From a virus, in IMG/VR virus record IMGVR_UViG_3300042348_000780: 64,000 bases of DNA. One strand, written 5' to 3'. The notes under the pieces were generated by a model. It did no database searches. It saw nothing but the letters and a program-made list of their open reading frames with translations, and had not been told where the DNA came from. Of this stretch, positions 1 through 10,195 are shown piece by piece. The position numbers and the translations under genes were made by a program. Every line of letters starts with the position of its first letter. Position 1 is the first letter of the stretch.

Positions 1-1407
1 AAAGAGCTTTCTGGATTTTTTACATTTAAAGTACCAAATCATCAGTTTACACCAGCATATAAAAAGAAAAAATGGGATGGTACGATTAAATTATTTAATT
101 TAGCAGCCCAGACGATATATGTTGGATTGTTGGATTATATTGTAAAATTCTGTGAAGAACGTATGTACAAATACGAAATACATGGAATTGAAATTAAAAA
201 AATAACAGAGACTGATATAAGGGAATGGTTGAATAAACAAAAGATTTATTCTGGAGGCAAGGAGATTATTCCACACGCCCACCAAATAGATGCTGTCATT
301 CATGCTCTTACAAAGAATCGAAGTCTCCTGCTGTCTCCTACTGGCTCTGGTAAGTCATTAATCATATATCTCACACTTAAGTATCTTTTAGATCATAATG
401 AAAATAGTAAATATTTGATTATTGTTCCTACCACTGGTCTTGTTACTCAAATGGCTGGTGATTTTTCAGATTATTGTAATCATGATAAGAACATCTTGAG
501 ACAAATACATACAATATTTCAAGGAAAATCAAAAGAAATAAATCGAAGGATTGTGATATCTACATGGCAAAGTATATACAAGGAGCCAGATTCATTTTTC
601 AAGAACTTTTATGGTGTCTTTGGGGATGAAGTTCATCTTTATAAAGCAAAATCTTTATCGACCATGATGAAAAAATGTAAGAATTGTGTTTTCAGAACTG
701 GAACAACTGGTACATTAGATAATACCCAGGCTCATAAATTAATGATTGAGGGATTATTTGGTAGATGTTTTTCTGTAACTACAACTAAAATATTAATGGA
801 TGATAAAATCTTATCAAATTTAACTATCCATTCAATATTATTAAATTATGATACTAAAGAATATCAAGATATTAAGAAGTGCAGCTATCAACATGAAATG
901 GAATGGCTCATTACTAATACGAAAAGAAATAATTTTATCTGTAATTTGGCCAATAATATTCCTGGTAATGTTCTGGTTCTATTTAATTTTGTTGAAAAAC
1001 ATGGTATACCATTGTTCAATCAATTAAATAAGTCTAAAACTAAAGATACATTTATGATATATGGGAAGACTGATATTGAACAACGAGAATTGATTAGAAA
1101 TATCGTTGACAAGCACACAAATAGTATTCTTGTTGCATCTTATGGTACTTGTAGTACTGGTATTAATATTAAAAACATAAATGCAATTATATTTGCATCT
1201 CCATCAAAATCCGTCGTAAGAATATTACAATCTATTGGTAGAGGTCTTCGTAAATCAGACAGAAAAGATAAGGCTACTGTGTTCGATATTGGTGATAATT
1301 TATCATGGAAGTCATACAGAAATCACACCCTCAGACATATGGATGAGAGGCTTGACCTATATACTAAAGAGAAGTTTACGTTCGATATCAAGAACATAAG
1401 ATTATAG
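1..1407 (+). CDS. uvsW: UvsW RNA-DNA/DNA helicase (5'-partial; frame is open from base 1)
   Basis: SF2 motifs SPTGSGKS, DEVH, TGT, QSIGRGLR. The upstream frame reads KELSGFFTFKVP...WDGTIKLF, as in T4-like UvsW. Confidence 0.93.
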   Translation, partial: KELSGFFTFKVPNHQFTPAYKKKKWDGTIKLFNLAAQTIYVGLLDYIVKFCEERMYKYEIHGIEIKKITETDIREWLNKQKIYSGGKEIIPHAHQIDAVIHALTKNRSLLLSPTGSGKSLIIYLTLKYLLDHNENSKYLIIVPTTGLVTQMAGDFSDYCNHDKNILRQIHTIFQGKSKEINRRIVISTWQSIYKEPDSFFKNFYGVFGDEVHLYKAKSLSTMMKKCKNCVFRTGTTGTLDNTQAHKLMIEGLFGRCFSVTTTKILMDDKILSNLTIHSILLNYDTKEYQDIKKCSYQHEMEWLITNTKRNNFICNLANNIPGNVLVLFNFVEKHGIPLFNQLNKSKTKDTFMIYGKTDIEQRELIRNIVDKHTNSILVASYGTCSTGINIKNINAIIFASPSKSVVRILQSIGRGLRKSDRKDKATVFDIGDNLSWKSYRNHTLRHMDERLDLYTKEKFTFDIKNIRL

Positions 1408-1415
1408 GAGGAGCA

Positions 1416-2132
1416 ATGAATTGTAAAATACTCAAATTGAGCAATGGCGAAGAATTAATTGCCGACGTTCAAGAAGACTCCGAAAAATACATAGTAAACA
1501 ATCCGATGGTATTTTTAACAACCACTATGTCCGATGAAAATGGACTTGGTGTAGATGTTACTTTTATGAAGGATTGGTTAAATAATAGTGATATAAAAAC
1601 TATTGAATTAAGTAAAGATAGAGTCGTGGCAATAATTGATGCTAGTAAGAAATGTGTACGTCATTATACTCTTGAAAAAGAGAAAAATGAAAATGAAGAA
1701 AAATTGAAAAATAATCTTTCTGAACAAGAAATAGAACAGTACATGAAAGATGTTGATGCTATTATGGAACAGATATTCAATCCATCATTCTCTGGAGATG
1801 AGATTCCTTTTGAAGATGAAATTCCATATGAAGAAATTGAAAGAGAAGAAAAACGACGCAGAAAGCGTCGTAAGCGTAAGAAGAATATAGAAAATAATAT
1901 TATTCCTAAAGAATTTCAGGATAGACCAATGATTTATTTGAATATGGTAATTCCACCTGAAGCAATTATGAATCTAATTTCTGCTGGTATACTAGATCCA
2001 GAAATGATTCAAACTATGATTGATCAGGTAAAGAAGAAAGCAAAATTTACTGGTGATGAGAAAACTCGTAAAGATTTTGGTAACAAGTTTAGTGATTGGA
2101 ATCCAGATCCCAAGTCAGATGATTATCTCTAA
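1416..2132 (+). CDS. Hypothetical T4-like protein with Sm-like N-terminal domain
   Basis: N-terminus KILKLSNGEELIADV; GGAGG RBS; lies between uvsW and gp55 as in T4-like phages. Confidence 0.6.
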   Translation: MNCKILKLSNGEELIADVQEDSEKYIVNNPMVFLTTTMSDENGLGVDVTFMKDWLNNSDIKTIELSKDRVVAIIDASKKCVRHYTLEKEKNENEEKLKNNLSEQEIEQYMKDVDAIMEQIFNPSFSGDEIPFEDEIPYEEIEREEKRRRKRRKRKKNIENNIIPKEFQDRPMIYLNMVIPPEAIMNLISAGILDPEMIQTMIDQVKKKAKFTGDEKTRKDFGNKFSDWNPDPKSDDYL

Positions 2133-2173
2133 GATCTTGAAGAAACCTAGTCTTCCTTATACCAGACAAAGTA

Positions 2174-2202
2174 ATTATAATTATCTACTGAAAACGTGTC
2201 AA
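2174..2202 (-). promoter_or_regulatory. Leftward sigma70-type promoter TTGACA-17-TATAAT (antisense to the uvsW operon)
   Basis: tgtcaa at 2197-2202 and attata at 2174-2179 on the + strand, 17-nt spacer. Confidence 0.6.
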
Positions 2203-2232
2203 GAGCAATCTTGACATTTTTTTAAATTAATA

Positions 2233-2261
2233 TTGAAAGTATATCGAATATGATGTATAAT
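2233..2261 (+). promoter_or_regulatory. sigma70-type promoter for gp55
   Basis: TTGAAA(2233)-17-TATAAT(2256); ATG at 2268. Confidence 0.65.
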
Positions 2262-2267
2262 GACGAT

Positions 2268-2810
2268 ATGGAAGAAATAAAAAAAGACAAAAAGTTAAAA
2301 CATTATATAAATAACGAAGAATTTCTAACAGAAATGAATTCTTGGAAAAAGGTTGTGAATAAAGCATTAAAGAAGAAACAACCAATACCACCAGTTACAA
2401 ACTATATTGGTGAATGCTTTATGAAGATTGCTGAACATTTATCCCAAAGACCTAATTTTATCAACTACCCATTCAGGGAAGATATGATAAGTGATGGCGT
2501 TGAAAATTGTTTGCAATATGCACATAATTTTGATGATTCCAAATCAAAGAATCCATTCTCATATTTCACACAAATAATTTATTTTGCATTTCTACGAAGA
2601 ATCGAAAAAGAAAAGAAACAAGCATATATTAAATATAAATGTCTAGAAATGCATAATATAGATGCTAAATTTTCTGAATGGTTAAAGGAACACAACGAAT
2701 CTGCTACATTTGCTGAATTTCTACAGAAAAACTTTTATTTATCAGAGAATGATATAGAAAAGATGGAAAAAGAAACTCAACCAAAGAAAAGAAAACGTAA
2801 AAAGTCGTGA
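2268..2810 (+). CDS. gp55: Late-transcription sigma factor gp55
   Basis: HYINN.EF, YIGECFMKIAEHLS.RPNF.NY, NPFSYFTQI..AFLRRI.KEKKQ. Start placed at 2268 from the promoter position (ORF track gives 2250). Confidence 0.95.
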   Translation: MEEIKKDKKLKHYINNEEFLTEMNSWKKVVNKALKKKQPIPPVTNYIGECFMKIAEHLSQRPNFINYPFREDMISDGVENCLQYAHNFDDSKSKNPFSYFTQIIYFAFLRRIEKEKKQAYIKYKCLEMHNIDAKFSEWLKEHNESATFAEFLQKNFYLSENDIEKMEKETQPKKRKRKKS

Positions 2811-3847
2811 AAATTGCAATAATATCAGATACACATTTTGGTCATAAAAACGACTCACTGTTCTTTTTGGAAGAATCACTTAAATTCTTCGAAGAGCAGT
2901 TTTTCCCATATCTACATCAAAATAACATCAAAGATGTGATTCATATGGGTGATTTGATGGATCGCCGTAAGTATGTAAATTTTAATACATTACATCAAGT
3001 AAAAGATAGATTTATTCGATTCTTTGCTGACAATAATATTAATTTACACATTACACTTGGTAATCATGATACATTTTACAAGAATACCAATTTTATAAAT
3101 TCAATAAATGAATTGTTTGGTGATTCTAAGAATATTATTTTATATGATAAACCTACAGAATTACAATTTGATACACTCAAAATTGGCATAGTGCCATGGA
3201 TAACAAATGATAACGAAAATGATTGCTTGGATTTCCTTCAAACTACATCTGCTTCTATACTTGTTGGGCATTTCGAAATCAACGGATTCGAAGTAGTTAC
3301 AAATATCCGTCATTCCTCTGGATCTGATTCAGAGATGTTCAGTAAATTCGACAAAGTATTATCTGGACATTTTCATCTACGTCAATCCAAACAAAATATT
3401 CATTATTTGGGTACTCAATATGAATTGAGTTTTGGTGATGTAAATTCTAAAAAGGGTTTTTCTATTTTAGATACAGATACCAGAGAATTAGAATTCATTG
3501 AGAATACTAGAAAAATATTCAACATTATTAAATATGATGATGTAAATGGATTCGAAAAACCAGATGCAAATAAAATCAAAAATACACATGTAAAGGTTAT
3601 TGTCTTAAATAAGAAAAAACCTAAAATTTTTGATATGCTAATGGATGCATTGGCTACATGTGAATTACAAGAATTGACCGTAGTAGAAGATTTTGAAAAT
3701 AATGATAATGAAGAATCTGAAGTTGATATTACTCAAGATACAATCAGTATCATAGCTTCAGAGATTGATATGAATGAAAATATTATTCATAAAGACAGGA
3801 TCAAGATGATAATTAAAGAATTATACATGGAGAGTATGACATTATGA
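2807..3847 (+). CDS. gp47: Recombination endonuclease subunit gp47 (Mre11/SbcD-like)
   Basis: Metallophosphoesterase motifs SDTHFG, GDLMD, GNHD, SGHFH. Confidence 0.95.
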   Translation: MKIAIISDTHFGHKNDSLFFLEESLKFFEEQFFPYLHQNNIKDVIHMGDLMDRRKYVNFNTLHQVKDRFIRFFADNNINLHITLGNHDTFYKNTNFINSINELFGDSKNIILYDKPTELQFDTLKIGIVPWITNDNENDCLDFLQTTSASILVGHFEINGFEVVTNIRHSSGSDSEMFSKFDKVLSGHFHLRQSKQNIHYLGTQYELSFGDVNSKKGFSILDTDTRELEFIENTRKIFNIIKYDDVNGFEKPDANKIKNTHVKVIVLNKKKPKIFDMLMDALATCELQELTVVEDFENNDNEESEVDITQDTISIIASEIDMNENIIHKDRIKMIIKELYMESMTL

Positions 3848-3940
3848 TTGAAAAATCAGCAGATGAATTTCTATTTGAAAAAGACGAAGAAAAAAAAGTT
3901 GTATTTCGTTCAATGATTGTTCCAGAGAAGGTATTAGATA

Positions 3941-5650
3941 ATGATCATCTTCAAGAAGATAAAGTTTAAAAATTTCGGATCATTCGGTAATAAGTTTACC
4001 GAACTTGATTTGTTAAAATCTCCAACAACTTTGGTGTGTGGAAAAAATGGAAGTGGTAAATCATTTGCATTATTGGATTCGATTACCTTTGCTTTGTTTG
4101 GTAAACCATTTAGAAAAATTAATATTCCACAGCTTCAGAATTCAATCAACACGAAAGAATGTTTAGTTGAATTGTATTTTTCAATTGGATCTGACGAATA
4201 TGTAATTCGTCGTGGTCTTGGTCCAAAATTATTTGAGATAATTAAAAATGGTAAATTAATTAATCAGGATGCAAAAACATCAGATTACCAAGACTTACTT
4301 GAACAGCAAATTATTAAAATGAACTACAAGACATTTACTCAAGTAGTAATTCTTGGTAGTTCATCCTTCATTCCATTCATGCAATTGACAGCGGCTGATC
4401 GTAGATCCGTTATTGAAAATATTTTAGATATTAATGTATTTACAAATATGAATACATTATTGAAGGGTAAGATATTACAAAGTAAAGAAAATCTTAGAGA
4501 ACTAAGTAATAAGATTGAAAATCAAAAACAAAAGATTGATTATCAAAAAATTATTATTAATAAAACAGTAGGATTGTCAGAGGATGAAATCGAAGAATTG
4601 AATAACACCATTCAAAGTAACCAATCCACCATTGATACTCTAAATAGTACTATATCAGAATATCATAATAATAAGATAAAGATTGATGAACAAGATTTAA
4701 TTACTCTAGAAAAAGATTTAGTTAAATTTCAGAGGTTTACTGCTCAGATCTCTCTTAAGATGGCAAATGCCATAGAGGAAAAACAATTTTATGAGAAAGA
4801 AGAAAATTGTTCGAAATGTAAAGGCAAAATTACAGAGGAAACGAAAAAAACTAACCTCGAAGAGATCGAAAAAAATATTAAGCAGTTCGAGGAAGCTAAC
4901 AAGACGTTCGAAAGTCAAATCGAAACGATAACGTCAAGCATCTCTTCCATCAAAGAAAAACTTAAAGCAAATAATAATATTGATGATAAAATCAAAGATT
5001 TAAAGAATCAGATTGCCATAATTAATATGACAATTGAACACGCTAAATCTAAGTTGAAGAAGACAGAAACAAATCAAACCGACATTGTAAAAGAAAAAGA
5101 TAAATTGAATGAGTATAATATTCAATTGAAAATATTTGAAGAAGAAAAGGAATCAAAGAAGGAAGAATATATTCAACTTGAACAAATATCAGATATTCTA
5201 AAGGATAGTGGAGTAAAGGCTAAGATCATCAAGCATTATCTTCCATCAATGAATAAAAATATCAATAAGTATTTAAAATCTATGGATTTCTTTGTTCAAT
5301 TTTATCTAGATGAAAATTTTCAAGAAGTTATCAAAAGTCGAAATCGAGATGAGTTTTCTTACATGAATTTTAGTGAGGGAGAAAAGATGCGTATTGATCT
5401 ATCTCTTCTATTGGCATGGAGGGAAATTGCTAAACTAAAAAATAGTGTTAATTGCAATTTGCTTATCTTGGATGAGGTTTTTGATTCATCACTGGATTCA
5501 GTTGGAACAGATGAAGTAATGAAATTACTAAATACATTAGGTGTAAATTCAAACGTGTTTGTAATCAGTCATAAAGCCGATCAAATAGTGGATAAATTCA
5601 ACCATGTCATTCACTTTGAAAAGAAAAATAATTTCAGTAAGATGATCTGA
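3941..5650 (+). CDS. gp46: Recombination ATPase gp46 (Rad50/SbcC-like)
   Basis: Walker A GKNGSGKS, coiled coil with CSKC hook, FSEGE signature, LILDEVFD. Confidence 0.96.
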   Translation: MIIFKKIKFKNFGSFGNKFTELDLLKSPTTLVCGKNGSGKSFALLDSITFALFGKPFRKINIPQLQNSINTKECLVELYFSIGSDEYVIRRGLGPKLFEIIKNGKLINQDAKTSDYQDLLEQQIIKMNYKTFTQVVILGSSSFIPFMQLTAADRRSVIENILDINVFTNMNTLLKGKILQSKENLRELSNKIENQKQKIDYQKIIINKTVGLSEDEIEELNNTIQSNQSTIDTLNSTISEYHNNKIKIDEQDLITLEKDLVKFQRFTAQISLKMANAIEEKQFYEKEENCSKCKGKITEETKKTNLEEIEKNIKQFEEANKTFESQIETITSSISSIKEKLKANNNIDDKIKDLKNQIAIINMTIEHAKSKLKKTETNQTDIVKEKDKLNEYNIQLKIFEEEKESKKEEYIQLEQISDILKDSGVKAKIIKHYLPSMNKNINKYLKSMDFFVQFYLDENFQEVIKSRNRDEFSYMNFSEGEKMRIDLSLLLAWREIAKLKNSVNCNLLILDEVFDSSLDSVGTDEVMKLLNTLGVNSNVFVISHKADQIVDKFNHVIHFEKKNNFSKMI

Positions 5651-5651
5651 G

Positions 5652-5975
5652 ATGTTTATAGAAGAAACACCACAAGAACTAAATTTTAGAGGAAAATACA
5701 GGAAATATGATCCTGATGGTTATTATAGTGTATATAATACTGGTGATGTTGTAGAATATCTTGGCAAGAAATATGTTGCCGTAAAACCAACTAAAAATAT
5801 AATACCATTAAATAACACTACAAATTGGAAAGAATTAGAAGTAGCATCTAGATTTTTTAGAGCTGAAGTTGAACCATCTGAAACTAACGAAGGAGATAGA
5901 TGGCTTGATCTCGCAACTGGTATCGTATATACTAGAGTCCGCGATATCAATGGACTTCATTGGGTAGAATTTTAG
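5652..5975 (+). CDS. Hypothetical protein (CBM5/12-like N-terminal part plus virion-type GDRW motif)
   Basis: YNTGDVVEY.GKKY...W and EP....GDRWLD..TG....WVE. Confidence 0.5.
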   Translation: MFIEETPQELNFRGKYRKYDPDGYYSVYNTGDVVEYLGKKYVAVKPTKNIIPLNNTTNWKELEVASRFFRAEVEPSETNEGDRWLDLATGIVYTRVRDINGLHWVEF

Positions 5976-5983
5976 GAGAAAAC

Positions 5984-6166
5984 ATGTCGAAAAATACAGA
6001 TCGTAATGGTAAGGGCGTTCACAAGCAAACAATGAAAAATATTGATCGTCGCATCAAAGATAAAGAGCGTTCTTCAGAACGTAATGATTTTAAGAATAAA
6101 CTTCGAAGTTATGTTGACGGTAATTTAGAACATCTTGATGAAGATGACCTTGACGACTTTGAATAA
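5984..6166 (+). CDS. Small hypothetical protein (basic N-terminus, acidic tail)
   Basis: AGGAG RBS before ATG 5984. Confidence 0.55.
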   Translation: MSKNTDRNGKGVHKQTMKNIDRRIKDKERSSERNDFKNKLRSYVDGNLEHLDEDDLDDFE

Positions 6167-6178
6167 ACTAATTATAAT
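6150..6178 (+). promoter_or_regulatory. sigma70-type promoter for gp45
   Basis: TTGACG-17-TATAAT; ATG at 6187. Confidence 0.6.
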
Positions 6179-6186
6179 GAGTACAT

Positions 6187-6873
6187 ATGACATCTACAGC
6201 AATTACAATCAGTAAAACAACACTTTCTATTCTCAAGAACTTTGCAAATATGAATTCAAATATTCTTGTAAAGCCTGGGAATGTAATCAAGACAATCACA
6301 CCATCCAAGAGTGGTATGGGAGAGGCAGTTATCGAAGAGACTTTTGATGTCGAATTTGGTATCTGGGATCTTAACAAATTCCTTGGAGTCGTGAGTCTTT
6401 TCAGCAACCCTCAGTTTGAATTTGGTGAAAAGAGTGTAAAGATCATTGGACCGAATAATTCAGTTGTAAATTATTATTATTCGGAACCTCGACTTCTCAC
6501 ATATCCAACGAAGTCAGTAAATATGCCACCAGTTACGGTAAAGACTCGTATCGAAGAAGGTATGTTCAATGAACTTCAGCGAATTTCATCAGTTCTACAA
6601 CTTCCAGATCTTTCATTCCAGAGTGATGGTAGTATTATCTACGCGATCATCTGTGATCTTAAGGATCCAACAAGTAATAGCTACAAGGTAGAACTTGAAG
6701 GTAATGCTGATGGTGCTGAATTTGAACTTAATTTTAAGATGGAAAATATTCGTCTTTTGGCTGGAGATTATGAGATTTCATTTGCAAAGAACGTAGCAGT
6801 TCAATTTGATAATGAAAATCTGAATCTCTCTTATTGGTTTGCAATGGAACCTAACTCACGGTATACTGCATAA
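6187..6873 (+). CDS. gp45: Sliding clamp gp45
   Basis: TLSILKNFA..N, FGIWDLNKFLGV; synteny with gp44/gp62. Confidence 0.95.
   Translation: MTSTAITISKTTLSILKNFANMNSNILVKPGNVIKTITPSKSGMGEAVIEETFDVEFGIWDLNKFLGVVSLFSNPQFEFGEKSVKIIGPNNSVVNYYYSEPRLLTYPTKSVNMPPVTVKTRIEEGMFNELQRISSVLQLPDLSFQSDGSIIYAIICDLKDPTSNSYKVELEGNADGAEFELNFKMENIRLLAGDYEISFAKNVAVQFDNENLNLSYWFAMEPNSRYTA
6839..6867 (+). promoter_or_regulatory. sigma70-type promoter for gp44, embedded in the gp45 3' end
   Basis: TTGCAA(6839)-17-TATACT(6862); ATG at 6875. Confidence 0.5.
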
Positions 6874-6874
6874 T

Positions 6875-7819
6875 ATGAATAATACTGAATTTCTTTGGGT
6901 CGAAAAATATCGACCACAAACCATTGATCAATGTATTCTCCCATCGTCCTTGAAGAAGACCTTCAAGGACATGGTTGCTAAAGGAGAACCACAAAATCTT
7001 CTATTTTCTGGTACTGCTGGTACAGGAAAAACTACTGTTGCCAAGGCACTTTGTAATGAATTGAATGCAGATTGGATTCTTATTAATTGTTCTGAAGATG
7101 GAAACATCGATACACTTCGAACAAAGATTCGACAATTTGCAAGCACAGTTTCATTTTCTGAAAATTCAAAAAAGGTTGTTATTCTTGATGAGTTTGATTA
7201 TTCAAACGCACAGAGTATTCAACCAGCACTTCGTGGAGCTATTGAAGAATTTTCAAGTAATTGTCGTTTTATTTTGACTTGTAACTACAAGTCACGAATC
7301 ATTGAACCAATTCATTCACGATGTACTTGTATCGATTTTACAATCTCTAACGAGGAACGTCCTTCTATCTGTGCTGGAATTTTGGAACGATGTGAATATA
7401 TTCTTAAAAATGAGAATGTTATTTGTGATAAAAAGGCTTTGGCCAAGCTTATCATGAAGCATTACCCAGATTTTCGTAGAATTCTAAACGAACTTCAGCG
7501 ATATTCTGTCTCTGGTAAGATTGATGAAGGTATTCTTATTAATATTGCTGATAATGAAATCAAGAATCTAATTTCATTTATGAAAAATAAGGACTTCGCA
7601 AATGTTCGAAAGTGGGTTGCAACAAATGTGCATTTGTCAGAAACTGATATTTTTAGAAAGATTTATGATAATCTAAATGCATATCTAGCCCCTATGAGCA
7701 TTCCTGGAGCCATTATTGTTCTTGGGGAGTATCAGTACAAGGCTGCATTTGTGAGCGATCAGGAGATCAATATGGTGGCTTGCTTGGTAGAACTTATGAT
7801 GACATGTGAGTTTATCTAA
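6875..7819 (+). CDS. gp44: Clamp loader large subunit gp44
   Basis: LWVEKYRP, GTAGTGKTT, LDEFD, SRC; start reassigned to ATG 6875. Confidence 0.96.
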   Translation: MNNTEFLWVEKYRPQTIDQCILPSSLKKTFKDMVAKGEPQNLLFSGTAGTGKTTVAKALCNELNADWILINCSEDGNIDTLRTKIRQFASTVSFSENSKKVVILDEFDYSNAQSIQPALRGAIEEFSSNCRFILTCNYKSRIIEPIHSRCTCIDFTISNEERPSICAGILERCEYILKNENVICDKKALAKLIMKHYPDFRRILNELQRYSVSGKIDEGILINIADNEIKNLISFMKNKDFANVRKWVATNVHLSETDIFRKIYDNLNAYLAPMSIPGAIIVLGEYQYKAAFVSDQEINMVACLVELMMTCEFI

Positions 7820-8208
7820 TGGAAATCTTTGATTTTCTCAATAGCATTAATGATAATAAGAAAAATCTAATGAACGTAGATCCTGGTTGCGAGAGGGTTT
7901 ACGTTCCTTATATTATCAATAAATCTTTATCATATTTTCCAGATACTCTTTTTGAGGCAAATATGATGAATTTTTATAATAATATTAGTAAAAAGATGCA
8001 ATATGATTATTATCTTCTGAATATTCGAAAAAAGAAACGATTTAGCAAGTGGCATAAAGAAAAGACCACTGATTCTGATGATATATCAATTATCAAGCAA
8101 TATTACGGATATTCGGATAAAAAGGCAGTAGAAGCCTCCAAAATTCTAACAAAAGAGCAAATAAATCATCTAAAGAAGGCATTAAATACTGGTGGAAATA
8201 TTAAATAA
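7819..8208 (+). CDS. gp62: Clamp loader small subunit gp62
   Basis: FDFLNSIN, YVPYIINKSLSYFPD, KKRFSKW, IKQYYGYS. Confidence 0.93.
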   Translation: MEIFDFLNSINDNKKNLMNVDPGCERVYVPYIINKSLSYFPDTLFEANMMNFYNNISKKMQYDYYLLNIRKKKRFSKWHKEKTTDSDDISIIKQYYGYSDKKAVEASKILTKEQINHLKKALNTGGNIK

Positions 8209-8216
8209 TATAAATA
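8209..8216 (+). promoter_or_regulatory. T4-type late promoter TATAAATA
   Basis: Exact consensus upstream of regA. Confidence 0.6.
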
Positions 8217-8238
8217 TTTAATATTTTTGGAGTATTTA

Positions 8239-8646
8239 ATGGAAGAAAATAATGATGATATTTTTGATGGATTGGGTGTTGAAGTGACCCTAAAATCAAA
8301 AGAAGACTTTTTAAAAATCAAGGAAACCCTCACAAGAATTGGCGTATCCTCAAAAAAGGAAAATAAACTATTTCAATCTTGTCATATTCTGCACAAGCGA
8401 GGTCGTTATGCAATAATGCATTTTAAAGAAATGTTTATACTTGATAATCTAGAGAGTGATATTTCTGATGATGATATTGGTAGAAGAAATACTATTGTAA
8501 AATTATTGATTGAGTGGGGTTTATGTGATGCAGTTGATCCTGAAGAATATAGCACACCACAACTTTCTTTAGCAAGAATTAAAATAGTATCACATAAAGA
8601 CAAAGTTAACTGGCAACTCGTTCCTAAATACCATATAGGAAAGTGA
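8239..8646 (+). CDS. regA: Translational repressor RegA
   Basis: DFLKIKETLTRIGV, LFQSCHILHKRGRYAIMHFKE, WQLVPKYHIG. Confidence 0.96.
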   Translation: MEENNDDIFDGLGVEVTLKSKEDFLKIKETLTRIGVSSKKENKLFQSCHILHKRGRYAIMHFKEMFILDNLESDISDDDIGRRNTIVKLLIEWGLCDAVDPEEYSTPQLSLARIKIVSHKDKVNWQLVPKYHIGK

Positions 8647-8658
8647 GTTGTTTTTAAT

Positions 8659-9501
8659 ATGGATATAATGCAAGCAATTGGAGCACCGTTTAATACAGAT
8701 CAGTCTTCCTGTTCTGACAAGAAACCTAAATTATTTTCATGGACGAAAGAAGATAGCAATATCAAGGTTTTTATAGATGCAGCTATTTCACATGGAATAA
8801 ATTACGTAAAGAAGCCTAACGAAAAAAAGATAGCATGGATTTGTGAATCAAGGGCGATATTTTATGAATTTAATTTTCCTAAAGATTTATTTGAAAAACA
8901 TCTTGAACGGATTTGTGACAGCTATGATGCTGTTTATTTTTCTGATAGGACATTTTGCAGTAAAAATAAAAAATTACATTTCTCGTTTGCTGGAAGTAAC
9001 CTTCCTTGGATAGAAGATCAACAAATATTTGAAAAGAATAAATTAGTATCTCTAATAGCATCACCAAAACAAGCAACAATAGGTCATCAAGTTCGTCATG
9101 CTTTGGCAGACAAATGGAAAGATAAAGTTGATTTATATGGTGGTGTATTAGGATCACAAAGATTTGGATATGAGAAACGACCTTGGGGAGATAAAAGTCG
9201 TGCCTTGAATCCATATATGTTTTCAATTGTTATTGAAAATGATAAGTATCCAACTTACTTTACAGAAAAATTAACAGACTGTTTTGCAACTGGAACAATA
9301 CCTGTATATTGGGGTACACCTGATATTGGTAATTATTTCAATTCAGAAGGAATTATTACACTTGATTCATCATTTGATCCATCACAATTAACAGAAGAAT
9401 TATATTATAGTAAGATGGATGCAATTAAACATAATTTCGAACGTGTGAAAAAATTAGAGAATGCAGATGACATTCTTTATCACATGATAAAACAAATATA
9501 A
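8659..9501 (+). CDS. Glycosyltransferase, GT10 (fucosyltransferase)-like
   Basis: YMFSIVIEN...YFTEKLTDCFATGTIPVYWG motif. Confidence 0.8.
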   Translation: MDIMQAIGAPFNTDQSSCSDKKPKLFSWTKEDSNIKVFIDAAISHGINYVKKPNEKKIAWICESRAIFYEFNFPKDLFEKHLERICDSYDAVYFSDRTFCSKNKKLHFSFAGSNLPWIEDQQIFEKNKLVSLIASPKQATIGHQVRHALADKWKDKVDLYGGVLGSQRFGYEKRPWGDKSRALNPYMFSIVIENDKYPTYFTEKLTDCFATGTIPVYWGTPDIGNYFNSEGIITLDSSFDPSQLTEELYYSKMDAIKHNFERVKKLENADDILYHMIKQI

Positions 9502-9504
9502 ATA
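9497..9504 (+). promoter_or_regulatory. T4-type late promoter TATAAATA
   Basis: Exact consensus just upstream of ATG 9512. Confidence 0.6.
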
Positions 9505-9511
9505 CTAGACC

Positions 9512-10195
9512 ATGAAGACACCTGTGATTTCTTTTTATGCTGACGTAGATGGTCGCACTTATTATAGCGATCATGCCACAAGATTGAAAAAAAATCTTGA
9601 GGAACATTCCGTACCAAACTTTATTAGACATAAACCATCAAAGGGAAATTATCGTTCTAATTGTTTATCAAAACCTAGATTTATTCTTGAGATGATGAAC
9701 GAATTAAGAACACCACTTGTTTGGTTAGATGTAGATTCAATTGTACATAAACCTCTTGAAGTTTTTGATGAGTTTCACGATAAAGTTGATTTAGCTATGG
9801 CATTTCCTAAAGTTCCTACAAAGGAAGATACAACTATTGGTATGCCAAAAGCATCACCAATATACTTAAATCAAACACCAAAATCTTATGAATTTATATA
9901 TGCTTGGATTGAGGCAAGTGAAGAATTAGAACGACAAGCAAATATTGCATTTGATCATGAAGTTTTGTTAAAGATATTCATGAAAATGATAAACGAGAAT
10001 ACTGGTGTTCGTATGGCTTTTTTAGGAAATGCTTATTGTGTTTGGCCTGGTATACCGATTCAAGGTGGAGAACCAGTAATTACAATGGGATTAGCGGATG
10101 GAGAATCAAAAGAACAGGTATTGAGAGATATGGGTTTTGATGAACACAATATTAAATTTCAAAGCCCAGGAAATAAGTTTTTGGTGAATCAATGA
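9512..10195 (+). CDS. Putative nucleotide-diphospho-sugar transferase (GT-A fold)
   Basis: KPRFIL...LVWLDVD DxD motif. Confidence 0.7.
   Translation: MKTPVISFYADVDGRTYYSDHATRLKKNLEEHSVPNFIRHKPSKGNYRSNCLSKPRFILEMMNELRTPLVWLDVDSIVHKPLEVFDEFHDKVDLAMAFPKVPTKEDTTIGMPKASPIYLNQTPKSYEFIYAWIEASEELERQANIAFDHEVLLKIFMKMINENTGVRMAFLGNAYCVWPGIPIQGGEPVITMGLADGESKEQVLRDMGFDEHNIKFQSPGNKFLVNQ

Noticed and set aside
3844-3969. 41-codon ORF between gp47 and gp46
   Set aside because: Plausible by ATGA coupling, but too short and featureless to support as a gene.
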